A DNA stretch of 61,109 bases, taken from positions 1-61,109 of the forward strand of contig JBDRNT010000045.1 of NCBI GenBank assembly GCA_043810925.1. Direction: 5' to 3'. Origin of the DNA: Candidatus Eiseniibacteriota bacterium (GTDB lineage Bacteria > Arandabacterota > Arandabacteria > Arandabacterales > Arandabacteraceae). Positions 19,634-29,624 of this stretch are shown one piece after another. Every line of letters begins with the position of its first letter. The first letter of the stretch is position 1. Made by a program: the position numbers and the translations under genes. A model generated the notes under the pieces. It did not search any database and was not told the DNA's origin. It saw only the letters and a list, made by a program, of their open reading frames with translations.

Positions 19634-20623
19634 CTACGGTATCTCTACGGTCTCGAACAGCCTCGTTATGATGTCCTCAGGCTTTACGTCCTCGGCCTCG
19701 GCTTCATACGACGGGATGATCCTGTGCCTCAGGACCTCCATTCCAATGGCCCTCACGTCCTCGGGCGTGACATAGCCCCGGCCCCGCAGGAACGCATAAG
19801 CCTTGGAGGCGAGCGTGAGGTATATGCTCGCGCGCGGAGATGCTCCATAGTCAATCAGCGATTCGAGATCACCGAGACCGAACTCAGATGGTTTCCTCGT
19901 GGCCATCACGATGTCAACTACATAGTTCTCGATTTTCTCATCGACGTAGATATCGTATATCGTCTTGCGGGCATTGATGATGCTTTCCGGCGTCGTCACA
20001 GCCTGTGCACCGGGCACGTCACCCTTGGTCATCCTGCGCAGGATCTCGAGCTCATCTTCCCTTCCCGGGTAGTCGATCACGACCTTGAGCATGAACCTGT
20101 CGACCTGCGCTTCGGGCAGTGGGTACGTTCCTTCCTGCTCGATCGGATTCTGGGTCGCCATAACGAGGAAAGGCTCCTCGAGCGGGAAGGTGGTGTCCCC
20201 AATCGTCACCTGCCGCTCCTGCATGGATTCAAGCAAGGCGCTCTGCACCTTCGCGGGGGCCCGGTTTATCTCGTCGGCGAGAATCAGATTGGCAAAGATC
20301 GGACCTTTTCGCACCTTAAAGCAGCTCTCTTTCTGATCGTATATCAGCGTTCCTGTCAGGTCCGCCGGCAGAAGATCGGGTGTGAACTGGATGCGCTGAA
20401 ACCTGGTCCGGATAGTATCCGAGAGTGTCTTGACCGCAAGCGTCTTCGCCAGACCGGGAACACCTTCGATGAGGACATGGCCCTGGCAGAGCAGGGCGAC
20501 GAGCAGCCGCTCGATCATGTGCTTCTGGCCGACTATGACTTTTTCAATCTGGTCGAGCATGTCGCCGACGAATGCGCTTTCCTTTCGTATGCGCTCGTTG
20601 AGCGCGAGAATATCAAGTTCCAT
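19634..20623 (-). CDS. moxR: MoxR family AAA+ ATPase
   Basis: EGVPGLAKT, RIQFTPDLLPAD, DEINRAPAKVQSALLE, ATQNPIEQEGTYPLPEAQ. Confidence 0.95.
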   Translation of the reverse strand: MELDILALNERIRKESAFVGDMLDQIEKVIVGQKHMIERLLVALLCQGHVLIEGVPGLAKTLAVKTLSDTIRTRFQRIQFTPDLLPADLTGTLIYDQKESCFKVRKGPIFANLILADEINRAPAKVQSALLESMQERQVTIGDTTFPLEEPFLVMATQNPIEQEGTYPLPEAQVDRFMLKVVIDYPGREDELEILRRMTKGDVPGAQAVTTPESIINARKTIYDIYVDEKIENYVVDIVMATRKPSEFGLGDLESLIDYGASPRASIYLTLASKAYAFLRGRGYVTPEDVRAIGMEVLRHRIIPSYEAEAEDVKPEDIITRLFETVEIP

Positions 20624-20703
20624 ACGGATCTCCTTTCATTGCAGATTTCATAGGCCTTTTAACACCTTCAATTCCACACGGTTCCCCACAAAAAAGACGA
20701 AAT

Positions 20704-21591
20704 CTACCCGAGTATCCGCTGGGCCTCGAGCAGCGTCGTTGAGTGTATGTCGACGTCATCGGTCACTTTGCTGGCGTAACCGCCGGCGAGCACCACACAG
20801 ACGGGTATGCGGCGCTTATTGCACTCTTCAAATACGAATATGTCTCTATTTTTAAGGCCTTGTTTGGTCAGTGCCAACCCGCCGAGCATATCGCCTGCAA
20901 AGGGATCGGCCCCCGCAAGGTAGAAGACTATCTCCGGCCGGTGGCGCTTAAGGATCTCACTGACCACATTGAGCCGGTCGAGATAGTTCCCGTCATCCGT
21001 GCCGTCGGCCAGACCTATGTCAAGATCGCTTCGTTCCTTGGACGGGTAGTTATTCTCCTGGTGGATAGAGAAGGTGAAGACATCCGGATTCTGCGCGAAG
21101 ATGACCGCGGTTCCGTTACCCTGATGGAGGTCACAGTCGATCACACACACCCTCTCAACCGCACCATCCGATCTGAGCCTCTCGATCGCGACACATACGT
21201 CGTTGACATAACAGAAACCCTCGGCATGGTCGGGATAGGCATGGTGGAACCCGCCCCCGATATGGAGGCCCGGGCCGCCGCTGAGAGCGTGGCGGGCGGC
21301 TTCGATGGTCCCCCCCGCCGCCATGATGTAAGCGTCGGCGATCTCACGTGTGAGCGCCAACTCCGATGTCACCGTGCGGTGGGTAACGCGGAGATTGATA
21401 AGATCGTCGACATACTCAGGTGTGTGCACAAGGAGGAGGTCGTCCCGTCCGGCGGGCCGGGGTCGCATGAAATCGGCCTCGGTTGCCGCTCCCTGCGTGA
21501 TAAGCCGGTCCTTGATCAGCCTGTATTTCTCAACCGGAAAGACATGACCGAAGAGATCGACCTCATAAGCTTCCGACCATACGAGTCTCAT
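20704..21591 (-). CDS. Histone deacetylase-family protein
   Basis: HVFPVEKY, GGGFHHA, GFC, DCDLHQGNGT, GADPF..D, GGY. Start moved to just after the LysE stop. Confidence 0.9.
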   Translation of the reverse strand: MRLVWSEAYEVDLFGHVFPVEKYRLIKDRLITQGAATEADFMRPRPAGRDDLLLVHTPEYVDDLINLRVTHRTVTSELALTREIADAYIMAAGGTIEAARHALSGGPGLHIGGGFHHAYPDHAEGFCYVNDVCVAIERLRSDGAVERVCVIDCDLHQGNGTAVIFAQNPDVFTFSIHQENNYPSKERSDLDIGLADGTDDGNYLDRLNVVSEILKRHRPEIVFYLAGADPFAGDMLGGLALTKQGLKNRDIFVFEECNKRRIPVCVVLAGGYASKVTDDVDIHSTTLLEAQRILG

Positions 21592-21593
21592 GC

Positions 21594-22238
21594 TCAACTC
21601 CCGATTCCGGCGGCATACTTGATAAAGAGTATTCCCACAACCACAAGAAAGCCACCGCACACCCCAAACGTGATCTTGTACCACAAACCGCGGCTGTAAC
21701 TCAACCCGAGTGACACAAGACAGGATACGATCGTGTACCAAACGAAATCCGATAGTACGTGACCGGTGATAAATGCCACGATCCCTATGTGCCCGAGGGA
21801 TGAAGAGGCGACGAGAAGTGTCGCACCGATACTGCCCCACCAGCCGAACCAGTAGGGGTTTGAGAGCGTGGCCGACATGCCGAGCAATATGGGTGTCCTG
21901 TTGCTGCCAATCTCCTTACCCGTCTCCTCGGCGATTACCTCATCGAGCGATCGCACCCGGTAAAGCATGTTGATGCCCATTGCTATGAGAAACAGCCCGC
22001 CGACTATGGCAACTATGGTCTTCACGCGTGGGTCGTCTAAGAAAGCTGAGACACCGAGGATCAGGGCCACCGTGATACCGATCTCGGCAATACCGTGGCC
22101 GAGGGTGACCAGTGGCCCCGCGCGCGCACCGCGTCTGCCGGCTTCCTTTATGGTAACCGTAAGAACCGGGCCGGGTACGAGTGCACCGGAGAACCCTATG
22201 AGAAACGATGTCCAGAAGATCGCGAGGAAACCCAGCAA
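21594..22238 (-). CDS. LysE family translocator
   Basis: GFSGALVPGP, LSNPYWFGWW; multiple TM helices. Confidence 0.88.
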   Translation of the reverse strand: MLGFLAIFWTSFLIGFSGALVPGPVLTVTIKEAGRRGARAGPLVTLGHGIAEIGITVALILGVSAFLDDPRVKTIVAIVGGLFLIAMGINMLYRVRSLDEVIAEETGKEIGSNRTPILLGMSATLSNPYWFGWWGSIGATLLVASSSLGHIGIVAFITGHVLSDFVWYTIVSCLVSLGLSYSRGLWYKITFGVCGGFLVVVGILFIKYAAGIGS

Positions 22239-22241
22239 TGG

Positions 22242-23900
22242 TTACACCCTGCCCGAACGTATTATTTCGATCAGCAGCCAGATGCCCACGACCGCGGCAA
22301 ACCCGAAACCTGCAATCCCGAGCCAGCGATATGGGAACACGTCACCGCCCAGCACGAGAATCAGAGAAGACGCCACCACGAGGGCGGCAACTATGAGGCT
22401 GAAGGAAATGCGGCTGCTCGATCTCTCCAGTTCATTCGTCAGTTTCTCAAGTCCGAGGTGCTCGAACTCTATCTTGAGTCTTCCATCCTTGGCAAGCGTC
22501 ATGACACGCGCGAGGTCTCCCGGGATCCCCGACAGTGCAGAGACTATCTCCCCGAAACTCCTGCCACCGCCGAGAATCGATGAGAACAAACGCCGTCTGC
22601 TCAAGAGTCTCGTCACATATGGTTTCGCCTCCGCCATCATGTTGAAACCGAGATCAAGCGCACGACCCACCTCCTCGTAGGTCGACAGGGCCTTGCCGAG
22701 AAGCATGAATTCCGTCTTGATCTTTATCCTGTACCGCCGCATGAACGAGACAAACTCGGTGAAAACCTCTTTGATATTGAGATCGCCGAGATCCCTTGTG
22801 CCGTACTTGTCCAGAAACAGCATCACATCTTCAAGCACATCCCGACGTTCAACATCCCTGGGTATGATATTGAGTTTCTCCATGGCCGCAAGCAGTCTCT
22901 CACCGTCTCTACGGACAGCTGCGATCAGGAATTCAGCAAGGTCGTCGATCTCCTTCCGGGTAAGTCTGCCGACGATACCGAAATCGACCGGGGCGATCCT
23001 CCCATCGGGCATGACGAAGAGGTTGCCGGGATGGGGATCGGCATGAAACAGACCGTCTTCGAATACCTGCTTAAGGACTGCCCTTGCACCCGCACGTGCG
23101 ACATCAGGAACATCGACATCGGCCCGTGTCAGCCGGTCGACGTCCGAGATCTTTATACCGTCAATGAACTCCGTAGTCAGAACCCTTGATGTAGAGAGCT
23201 GCCTGAACACGCCCGAGATGTACACGGCGGGCTCATCCTCGAAGTTGCGTTTGAAAACCACGAGGTTGGCCGCCTCAGTTGTGAAATCGGTCTCCCTCCG
23301 CGAGGTTCTTTCAAACTCACTCACGATTCCCGAAGGATCGTACGGGCGGGATTCCGGGACGTAGGTCTCAAGCAGGCCCGCGAGATCCTTGAGTATCATT
23401 ATGTCGAGATCCAGTGTCTCTCTCACCCCGGGACGCTGGACCTTGACACAGACCTTCTCCCCGGTCAGAAGCACCGCCTTGTGGACCTGCGCAATCGAGG
23501 CAGACGCGAAGGGCTCTCGCTCGAATTCCCTGAAGACCTCTGAAGGGTCGCCGCCGAGTTCATCACGGATGATCTTCTGTACGTCTTCAAAGGGAAACGG
23601 GCTCACCCGATCCTGTAACCTGGCAAGTGCGATGCCATACTCCGGCGGCAGGAGATACGATCGCATGCTCAGGGTCTGTCCGAACTTGATGAAGGTGGGT
23701 CCGAGTTCTTCTATGGCAAGTACAAGCCGCTCGGGACCTGTCGCCTGGGTCCCCAGACGCTTTGTCAGTATCCCTTTGACATGAAGCGGCAGATGGATGC
23801 GCCCGAGCACTTCATCAAAGCCGTACTTGGCGAGCACCAGCGTGATATGACGGAAGCGAGCTATGCTCCTCAGCTTCCGCTGTATTCTAAGGGTAGGCAA
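22242..23900 (-). CDS. AarF/ABC1/UbiB family atypical kinase
   Basis: LGPTFIKFGQ, ASASIAQVH, VKVQRPG, FHADPHPGN, DFG; C-terminal TMs. Confidence 0.92.
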   Translation of the reverse strand: MPTLRIQRKLRSIARFRHITLVLAKYGFDEVLGRIHLPLHVKGILTKRLGTQATGPERLVLAIEELGPTFIKFGQTLSMRSYLLPPEYGIALARLQDRVSPFPFEDVQKIIRDELGGDPSEVFREFEREPFASASIAQVHKAVLLTGEKVCVKVQRPGVRETLDLDIMILKDLAGLLETYVPESRPYDPSGIVSEFERTSRRETDFTTEAANLVVFKRNFEDEPAVYISGVFRQLSTSRVLTTEFIDGIKISDVDRLTRADVDVPDVARAGARAVLKQVFEDGLFHADPHPGNLFVMPDGRIAPVDFGIVGRLTRKEIDDLAEFLIAAVRRDGERLLAAMEKLNIIPRDVERRDVLEDVMLFLDKYGTRDLGDLNIKEVFTEFVSFMRRYRIKIKTEFMLLGKALSTYEEVGRALDLGFNMMAEAKPYVTRLLSRRRLFSSILGGGRSFGEIVSALSGIPGDLARVMTLAKDGRLKIEFEHLGLEKLTNELERSSSRISFSLIVAALVVASSLILVLGGDVFPYRWLGIAGFGFAAVVGIWLLIEIIRSGRV

Positions 23901-23911
23901 CTGCGGCCGCC

Positions 23912-24232
23912 TTACTTCTTGGGTTTGGCCTTCTTTGGTGCCTCGATCTTGTCAAGCCGCGCAGCCAGTCCCTTGACCTCTGCTTCGAGCTTCTTAAGAT
24001 CGTCTCCCAAACGGAGCTTCTGGCTGACCGCTTCCACGCGTTCGTCGACCATCTTCCTGATGTCGGCGGCAGCAGCCTGCGCTTTGTGATGAAGTTCCTC
24101 TATGGCCTTGGACCTGTCGGCACTGGCGATCTCACCGCGCTTTATCAGATCTTCAACGGCCTCTTCGACCTTTTCCCTGGTGAGGCTGGCCACACCAACA
24201 CCGAAGAGCATGATGTTCTTGATCACTGACAT
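23912..24232 (-). CDS. Phasin-like coiled-coil protein
   Basis: GVGVASLTREKVE..V.DLIKRGEI; sits directly upstream of the ABC1 kinase, a common pairing. Confidence 0.75.
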   Translation of the reverse strand: MSVIKNIMLFGVGVASLTREKVEEAVEDLIKRGEIASADRSKAIEELHHKAQAAAADIRKMVDERVEAVSQKLRLGDDLKKLEAEVKGLAARLDKIEAPKKAKPKK

Positions 24233-24310
24233 CTCATCAACCTCCTTGCAAGAGCCTTCGCAGATCTCTCTGTTGTCAATCTACTCCAACCTCCCCCTCT
24301 TTTCAAGCAA

Positions 24311-24447
24311 AACAACTGGGGTCAAACCTGGGGTCAGGCTTTGAATTCTGGTATTTTGGGGGGCGGAGGCGGGTGGTAGGCGCGGTGACGAAACTGCCCT
24401 GAATTCCAGAATTCAAAGCCTGACCCCAGGTTGTGACCCCAGTTGTT
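24311..24447. repeat. REPIN/MITE-like element: ~41-bp inverted arms around a 54-bp spacer
   Basis: 24311-24351 (AACAACTGGGGTCA-AACCTGGGGTCAGGCTTTGAATTCTGG) is the reverse complement of 24406-24447 apart from one extra base. Confidence 0.88.
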
Positions 24448-24474
24448 GACATCGGGGGGGCGGGGTGCTAAAGT
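24446..24474 (+). promoter_or_regulatory. Sigma70-type promoter of the carboxylase operon
   Basis: TTGACA-N17-TAAAGT. Confidence 0.65.
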
Positions 24475-24575
24475 CCTACTCAGTGGGCTATGTGCCTGAT
24501 AGTGGGGCCCGGGACGTATGCCAGCAGTCCCGGGTTCAGTAATGCCGGATAGGCAACCCGGGACCAGAGGGTATA

Positions 24576-25940
24576 GTGTTTAGATCTGTTCTAATAGCCA
24601 ATCGCGGTGAAATAGCGCTTAGAGTGATAAGGGCGTGCAAGGAAGCCGGAATCAGAACGGTGGCCATCTGCTCGGAAGCCGATCGCACCTCCCCACACCT
24701 CGATCACGCCGATGAGGTTGTGTGCATTGGAGGGTCACGCAGCGCGGAGAGCTATCTTAATATGGAGGCCATTATTCAGGCGGCCATCCAGTACGACTGC
24801 CAGGCGCTTCACCCCGGCTACGGCTTCCTCGCGGAGAATCCGCTCTTCTCGGACCTATGCACACAGAGCAAGGTTACGTTCATCGGCCCCCCTCCCCACG
24901 CAATTCGTCTGATGGGAGACAAGGCTAGGGCAAGGGCGACTATGACGAGCCTCGGGCTCGATCCCATCCCCGGCTCTGAAGGTACGCTGAGAGATTTGGA
25001 TCATGCGAGGGAGGCAGTGTCTCAAATCGGCTGCCCGGTCCTGCTTAAGGCAAGCGCGGGTGGCGGCGGAAAAGGAATGAGAGTGGTCGAGAAGGAAGGC
25101 GATCTTGAGCATGCATTCAGTGAGGCCTCACTTGAGGCCGACAAGGCATTCGCCAACCCGGCACTTTACATGGAGAAATACATAACACGCGGCAGGCACA
25201 TCGAGTTTCAGATCCTTGCCGATGTCTTCGGCAACGCGGTACATCTCGGTGAAAGGGAGTGTTCGGTTCAGCGAAACCACCAGAAGCTGGTCGAGGAGTC
25301 CCCCTCACCTGTAATCGATGAGACTACGCGCAGAGACCTCGGTAAGAAGGTCGCCGAGGCGGTCGCGGCAATAGGCTATGTGAACGCCGGCACGGTCGAG
25401 TTCCTGAGGGATTCGGACGGCAATCTCTATTTCATGGAGATGAATACGAGGCTTCAGGTCGAACATCCGGTTACCGAGATGGTGACCGGTTTCGATATCG
25501 TGGCCGAGCAGCTCAGGATAGCCGCCAACTGCCCGCTGAGTATTACTCAGGAGGATATCGAGCTGAAGGGACATGCTATCGAGGTAAGGATAAACGCGGA
25601 AGATCCGGACCGGGCCTTCAAGCCCGATCCCGGCAGGATCACTGCATTCGAGCCCCCTGAGTTGGACTCGGTGAGGATCGACACGCACATCACGCAGGGT
25701 TACACCATACCTCCGTTTTATGATTCCCTGATCTGCAAGTTGATTGGCCATGGCAAGAACAGAAACGCGGCAATAAAGACCGTCATACATGCACTTGAAA
25801 ACTTCAAGATAGAAGGCGTGAAGACGACTGTACCCATTCATATCGAAATACTGTCGGCCGGTGACTTCAAGAAGGGCACCTACGACACGGGTTTCATACC
25901 TGACTTACTGGCAAAGAAGGGGCAGGCAGATAATGGCTAA
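24576..25940 (+). CDS. accC: Biotin carboxylase
   Basis: [49 protein letters not shown]. Confidence 0.95.
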   Translation: MFRSVLIANRGEIALRVIRACKEAGIRTVAICSEADRTSPHLDHADEVVCIGGSRSAESYLNMEAIIQAAIQYDCQALHPGYGFLAENPLFSDLCTQSKVTFIGPPPHAIRLMGDKARARATMTSLGLDPIPGSEGTLRDLDHAREAVSQIGCPVLLKASAGGGGKGMRVVEKEGDLEHAFSEASLEADKAFANPALYMEKYITRGRHIEFQILADVFGNAVHLGERECSVQRNHQKLVEESPSPVIDETTRRDLGKKVAEAVAAIGYVNAGTVEFLRDSDGNLYFMEMNTRLQVEHPVTEMVTGFDIVAEQLRIAANCPLSITQEDIELKGHAIEVRINAEDPDRAFKPDPGRITAFEPPELDSVRIDTHITQGYTIPPFYDSLICKLIGHGKNRNAAIKTVIHALENFKIEGVKTTVPIHIEILSAGDFKKGTYDTGFIPDLLAKKGQADNG

Positions 25941-27666
25941 GGTTCTGTTACAGCCCATAGGTACGCAGCTCGATTCCTTCATGGCGGAAGAAGACAGCCG
26001 GGCCAATAGAGCGGCCATGGAAGAACTGGAGCAAGCGCTTGAACTCAAGCGGGAGGAAGTCAGGAACGGATGGGGTGAAGAGTATGTGGAGCGCGTCCAC
26101 AAGAAGGGTAAGCTCACGACCTGGGAGCGTCTCGACCTCTTGAAAGACCCCGGAACCGAGATTCTCCCCATCGGTTCATTCGTCAACTACGGCAGAGAGT
26201 TCGGCGAGGGCAGGCAGAAGAAGAAATGCCCGGGAGCCGGCGTGGTAACGGCGTTCGTTAAGGTTGAGACCCGCTACACGATGGTCATCGCGAATGATAA
26301 CACGGTTGCATCGGGGGCATGGTGGCCTCTTACACCGGAGAAGATCGAGCGGGCCCAGCACATAGCGAGGCGCCTCCGGATACCTGTGATCTACCTGGTT
26401 GATTGCAGCGGTCTCTATCTTCCCGAGCAAAGCAGGTCCTTCCCCGGACCGACGGGTGCTGGCCATATCTTCACGCAGAACAGTCTCCTCAGTGCGACGG
26501 GTGTACCTCAGATCGCGGCGGTGTTCGGTGACTGCATCGCCGGCGGCGGTTACATGCCGATCATCAGCGACCGGGTATACATGACGGAACAGGCTTACAT
26601 GGTAATCGCGGGCGCCGCTCTGATAAAGGGAGGCAAGTCTCAGAACATAACCTCGCTGACCATAGGCGGGGCGGACATCCATGTTCACATTTCAAACTGC
26701 GCCGATTTCAGAGGACCGGACGATCAGGCCGTACTCAGGATGATCCGGCGCGATGTCTCGATGCTTCCCACCTCCGGTGCCGAGTACTACAAGTACGGCG
26801 GCGACACCAGCGAGCCGGGGTACGATACGAACCAGCTGAAGTGCATCTTCCCCAGTGACTACAGGATGTCCTACGACACGAGACAGGTTATCGCCCGCCT
26901 GGTGGACTCAAGTCTCTTCTGGGAGATCCTGCCGGGCAAGGGCGAAGAGATGATCACCGGCATCGCCAAGATCGGAGGTCTCTATGTCGGGATCATCGCC
27001 AACAACCAGTACCTGATCGGACACACCGAGTATCCCGACCAGAAGCGGCCCGGCGGCATACTCTACAGGGAAGGTATCGCCAAGATATCCCAGTTCTCAA
27101 GGACCTGTAACGACGACGGCATCCCGATCGTCTGGCTCCAGGACATATCCGGTTTTGACATAGGGGCCGAGGCCGAGAAGGAAGGCCTGCTGGGTTACGG
27201 ATCGAACCTGATCTACACCAACTCGACCAACACTGTTCCGATGATCACCGTGCTCCTCAGAAAGTCATCGGGGGCGGGCTACTACGCAATGTCAAGCATC
27301 GCCTACGATCCGGTGATCCAGCTCTCGACACCGATCACGCGGCTTGCGGTGATGGAAGGCCGGACCCTTGCAATCGGTGCATTCAGAACCAAACTCGATG
27401 ACAATTTCGAGATCGTCCGGACAACCGACGAGGAGTATGAGAAGATCAAGCAGGGCATGCAGCGCGTCGAGGACCGGATAACGCAGGATATGGATCCGGT
27501 TAAGTCCGCATCCATAATGGATACGGACGAGGTCGTCTACATGCACGAGCTCCGGCGATACCTGAGGGCGGTGACCGAAATGTGTTACCAGTCCATAGGC
27601 TACAGAAGGGTCAAGAACCCGAGGATCTGGTCGGTACACGACCTCCATGCGATGACGGACTTCTAG
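25933..27666 (+). CDS. Acyl-CoA carboxylase carboxyltransferase subunit (MCC-beta-like)
   Basis: [48 protein letters not shown]. Start at ATG 25933 overlaps the end of accC. Confidence 0.88.
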   Translation: MAKVLLQPIGTQLDSFMAEEDSRANRAAMEELEQALELKREEVRNGWGEEYVERVHKKGKLTTWERLDLLKDPGTEILPIGSFVNYGREFGEGRQKKKCPGAGVVTAFVKVETRYTMVIANDNTVASGAWWPLTPEKIERAQHIARRLRIPVIYLVDCSGLYLPEQSRSFPGPTGAGHIFTQNSLLSATGVPQIAAVFGDCIAGGGYMPIISDRVYMTEQAYMVIAGAALIKGGKSQNITSLTIGGADIHVHISNCADFRGPDDQAVLRMIRRDVSMLPTSGAEYYKYGGDTSEPGYDTNQLKCIFPSDYRMSYDTRQVIARLVDSSLFWEILPGKGEEMITGIAKIGGLYVGIIANNQYLIGHTEYPDQKRPGGILYREGIAKISQFSRTCNDDGIPIVWLQDISGFDIGAEAEKEGLLGYGSNLIYTNSTNTVPMITVLLRKSSGAGYYAMSSIAYDPVIQLSTPITRLAVMEGRTLAIGAFRTKLDDNFEIVRTTDEEYEKIKQGMQRVEDRITQDMDPVKSASIMDTDEVVYMHELRRYLRAVTEMCYQSIGYRRVKNPRIWSVHDLHAMTDF

Positions 27667-27679
27667 AGCGAGGACTTAG

Positions 27680-28321
27680 ATGCAGTCCAAGGATGTTGAA
27701 ATTCTAAGACTGGTCGGCCGGCCCAAGAAGTGTATGGTGAAGGAAAACACCGGCTCCGATGGCTCCTTTGAAGTGCTCTCACCCGGTGTCGGGTTCTTTG
27801 ACTGGCCCCCCGCGGTCGGCACCTTTGTGACACCGGGGTCATTTGTGGGCTATCTCACAGTCCTCAGGCGTTACTTCCATCTTGTGATACCGGAGGGACA
27901 CCGTGGTGTTGTGACGCATCTCAATGTCACGACCAGGAAGCAGCGTGTAGAATACGGCGAGCCCCTCTTCACGGTCAGCCCCGGGGCCGGGACGGGCCTG
28001 GGTGGTGAATTTCTGAGGACGGATGCTGAGCCGGAAACCGCAGAGGACGGGGTACCCGAGGGTATGTTCGGTGTCAGATCCCCGACCGACGGGATATTCT
28101 ACCGCAGGGCAAATCCTCAATCACCTGCTTACGTGGAGACGGACTCACAGGTGTCTGAGGGAAGCGTTCTGGCTCTGGTGGAAGTGATGAAGTGCTTCAA
28201 CCCTATTGTCTATCCCGGCGAACCGGAGTTTCCTGCTCAGGCCAGGATCGTGCGTGCGATTCCCCAGGACACCACTGAGGTCAAACACGGGGATCTCCTC
28301 TTCATAGTGGAACCCGCTTGA
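27680..28321 (+). CDS. Biotin carboxyl carrier protein with two biotinyl-like domains
   Basis: First domain SPGVG..VEYGEPLF lacks the MK motif; second domain SPTDGIFY..EVMK..VKHGDLLF retains it. Confidence 0.82.
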   Translation: MQSKDVEILRLVGRPKKCMVKENTGSDGSFEVLSPGVGFFDWPPAVGTFVTPGSFVGYLTVLRRYFHLVIPEGHRGVVTHLNVTTRKQRVEYGEPLFTVSPGAGTGLGGEFLRTDAEPETAEDGVPEGMFGVRSPTDGIFYRRANPQSPAYVETDSQVSEGSVLALVEVMKCFNPIVYPGEPEFPAQARIVRAIPQDTTEVKHGDLLFIVEPA

Positions 28322-28331
28322 CCCCTGAGAG

Positions 28332-29624
28332 TTATCTCACGTAGGGTAAGGATCGCAGTGATCTCCCATCCGCATCCCGGGCCTTCTCAAGCGCTTCAAG
28401 CAGAGGACGCAGATAAGCCTCAGAGTAGCGGGTCGCCTGGTAGACCTCATGGAGGTTGTCGTCTCCGCTGCGGTTGACTACCATTTCCCAGACGACCTCG
28501 TTCGACCGGTTGACCTCGAACAGGCGGCTCCAGGCCGTCTTCTTCCGGAGCACGCGGCGCCGGAAGATGTCAAAGAACCTTGCTACCGCATTTGGGGGGC
28601 GGCAACTCGACTGGCAGACAAAGACATTCCCATTGGAGAGCGGCTGCGAGCCGCTGGTATAACCGCTGAAGAATCCGGGCTCTCGCGATCCGCGGTCACT
28701 GTATTCCCAGACGATCTCGTCCGACAACGGGGCAAGCTCAATTACTCTCGAGTAACCGCGTTGGGTTCCGTTATCGAATATGAGGATGTTACCGTTCTTC
28801 ATCATAACGGGATTGTGCTGACCGTCCAGATCTCCCGGGCCCCATGCCCACGCTATCTCACCGGATTCCTTGTCGATCACGCCGATCGTGTTGAAGTTGG
28901 GATAACTGATGAGGATGTTACCCGCCCGGAACCGAGAGTCCTCGGTGGCGCTTGCGTTTTCCGGCATCACCCGGCATGTGTTGCTGTGCGCCCAGTCGAG
29001 CACACCGTCCCTGCGGCGCGCCGGATTCTCTTCAAGTGGAAACGATATACCCAGAAGTCCGGTGAGTTCATCGAGGTGGTCCTCTCCCCGCCACGTCCAC
29101 ACGGCTTCCTTCCCGGTGGTCACCTCGACTATCCCGGGACACCGCACATCCCCCGTGCCAATGGCAGGCACCGGTTTGTCTTCTATGTAGTGAATGAGGA
29201 TATTGCCGCTGGGAAGAAGATCGAAATCGTGATCCGCCCACGACTTGTAGTACCAGATGATGTTGCCGAAGGGATCCGTCTCACGCAGACCGGCCCTCTC
29301 CTTAAAAGAACGGTCACGTGTCTTATAAAGCAGGTTCCCGTTCGGTTTGAGTTTGGCCAGCTGGACTGAACCCATCACATGCCACCGGTGTACGAGTTTG
29401 CCGTCGCTATCGACCAGGTAGATCCCACTCGGCTCCGTCAGCTCCTGGCCGATGTCATCGATCGTAAATGTGAAGAGCGTATGTCCTCCGTGGGCTTTTC
29501 CTTCAACGTTGATCCGAACATCGAACATCGGATAGTGATATGCCCTGTAGAGGACCGACACCGCAAGGATTGCGGCCACAACCAGGATAAGCCCTATGAT
29601 CACCGTGTTCCGACTTCCTGTCAC
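28332..29624 (-). CDS. Arylsulfotransferase (ASST)-like beta-propeller protein
   Basis: N-terminal anchor; DHDF, DWAHSN, GQHNP, IFDNG motifs. Confidence 0.8.
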   Translation of the reverse strand: MTGSRNTVIIGLILVVAAILAVSVLYRAYHYPMFDVRINVEGKAHGGHTLFTFTIDDIGQELTEPSGIYLVDSDGKLVHRWHVMGSVQLAKLKPNGNLLYKTRDRSFKERAGLRETDPFGNIIWYYKSWADHDFDLLPSGNILIHYIEDKPVPAIGTGDVRCPGIVEVTTGKEAVWTWRGEDHLDELTGLLGISFPLEENPARRRDGVLDWAHSNTCRVMPENASATEDSRFRAGNILISYPNFNTIGVIDKESGEIAWAWGPGDLDGQHNPVMMKNGNILIFDNGTQRGYSRVIELAPLSDEIVWEYSDRGSREPGFFSGYTSGSQPLSNGNVFVCQSSCRPPNAVARFFDIFRRRVLRKKTAWSRLFEVNRSNEVVWEMVVNRSGDDNLHEVYQATRYSEAYLRPLLEALEKARDADGRSLRSLPYVR

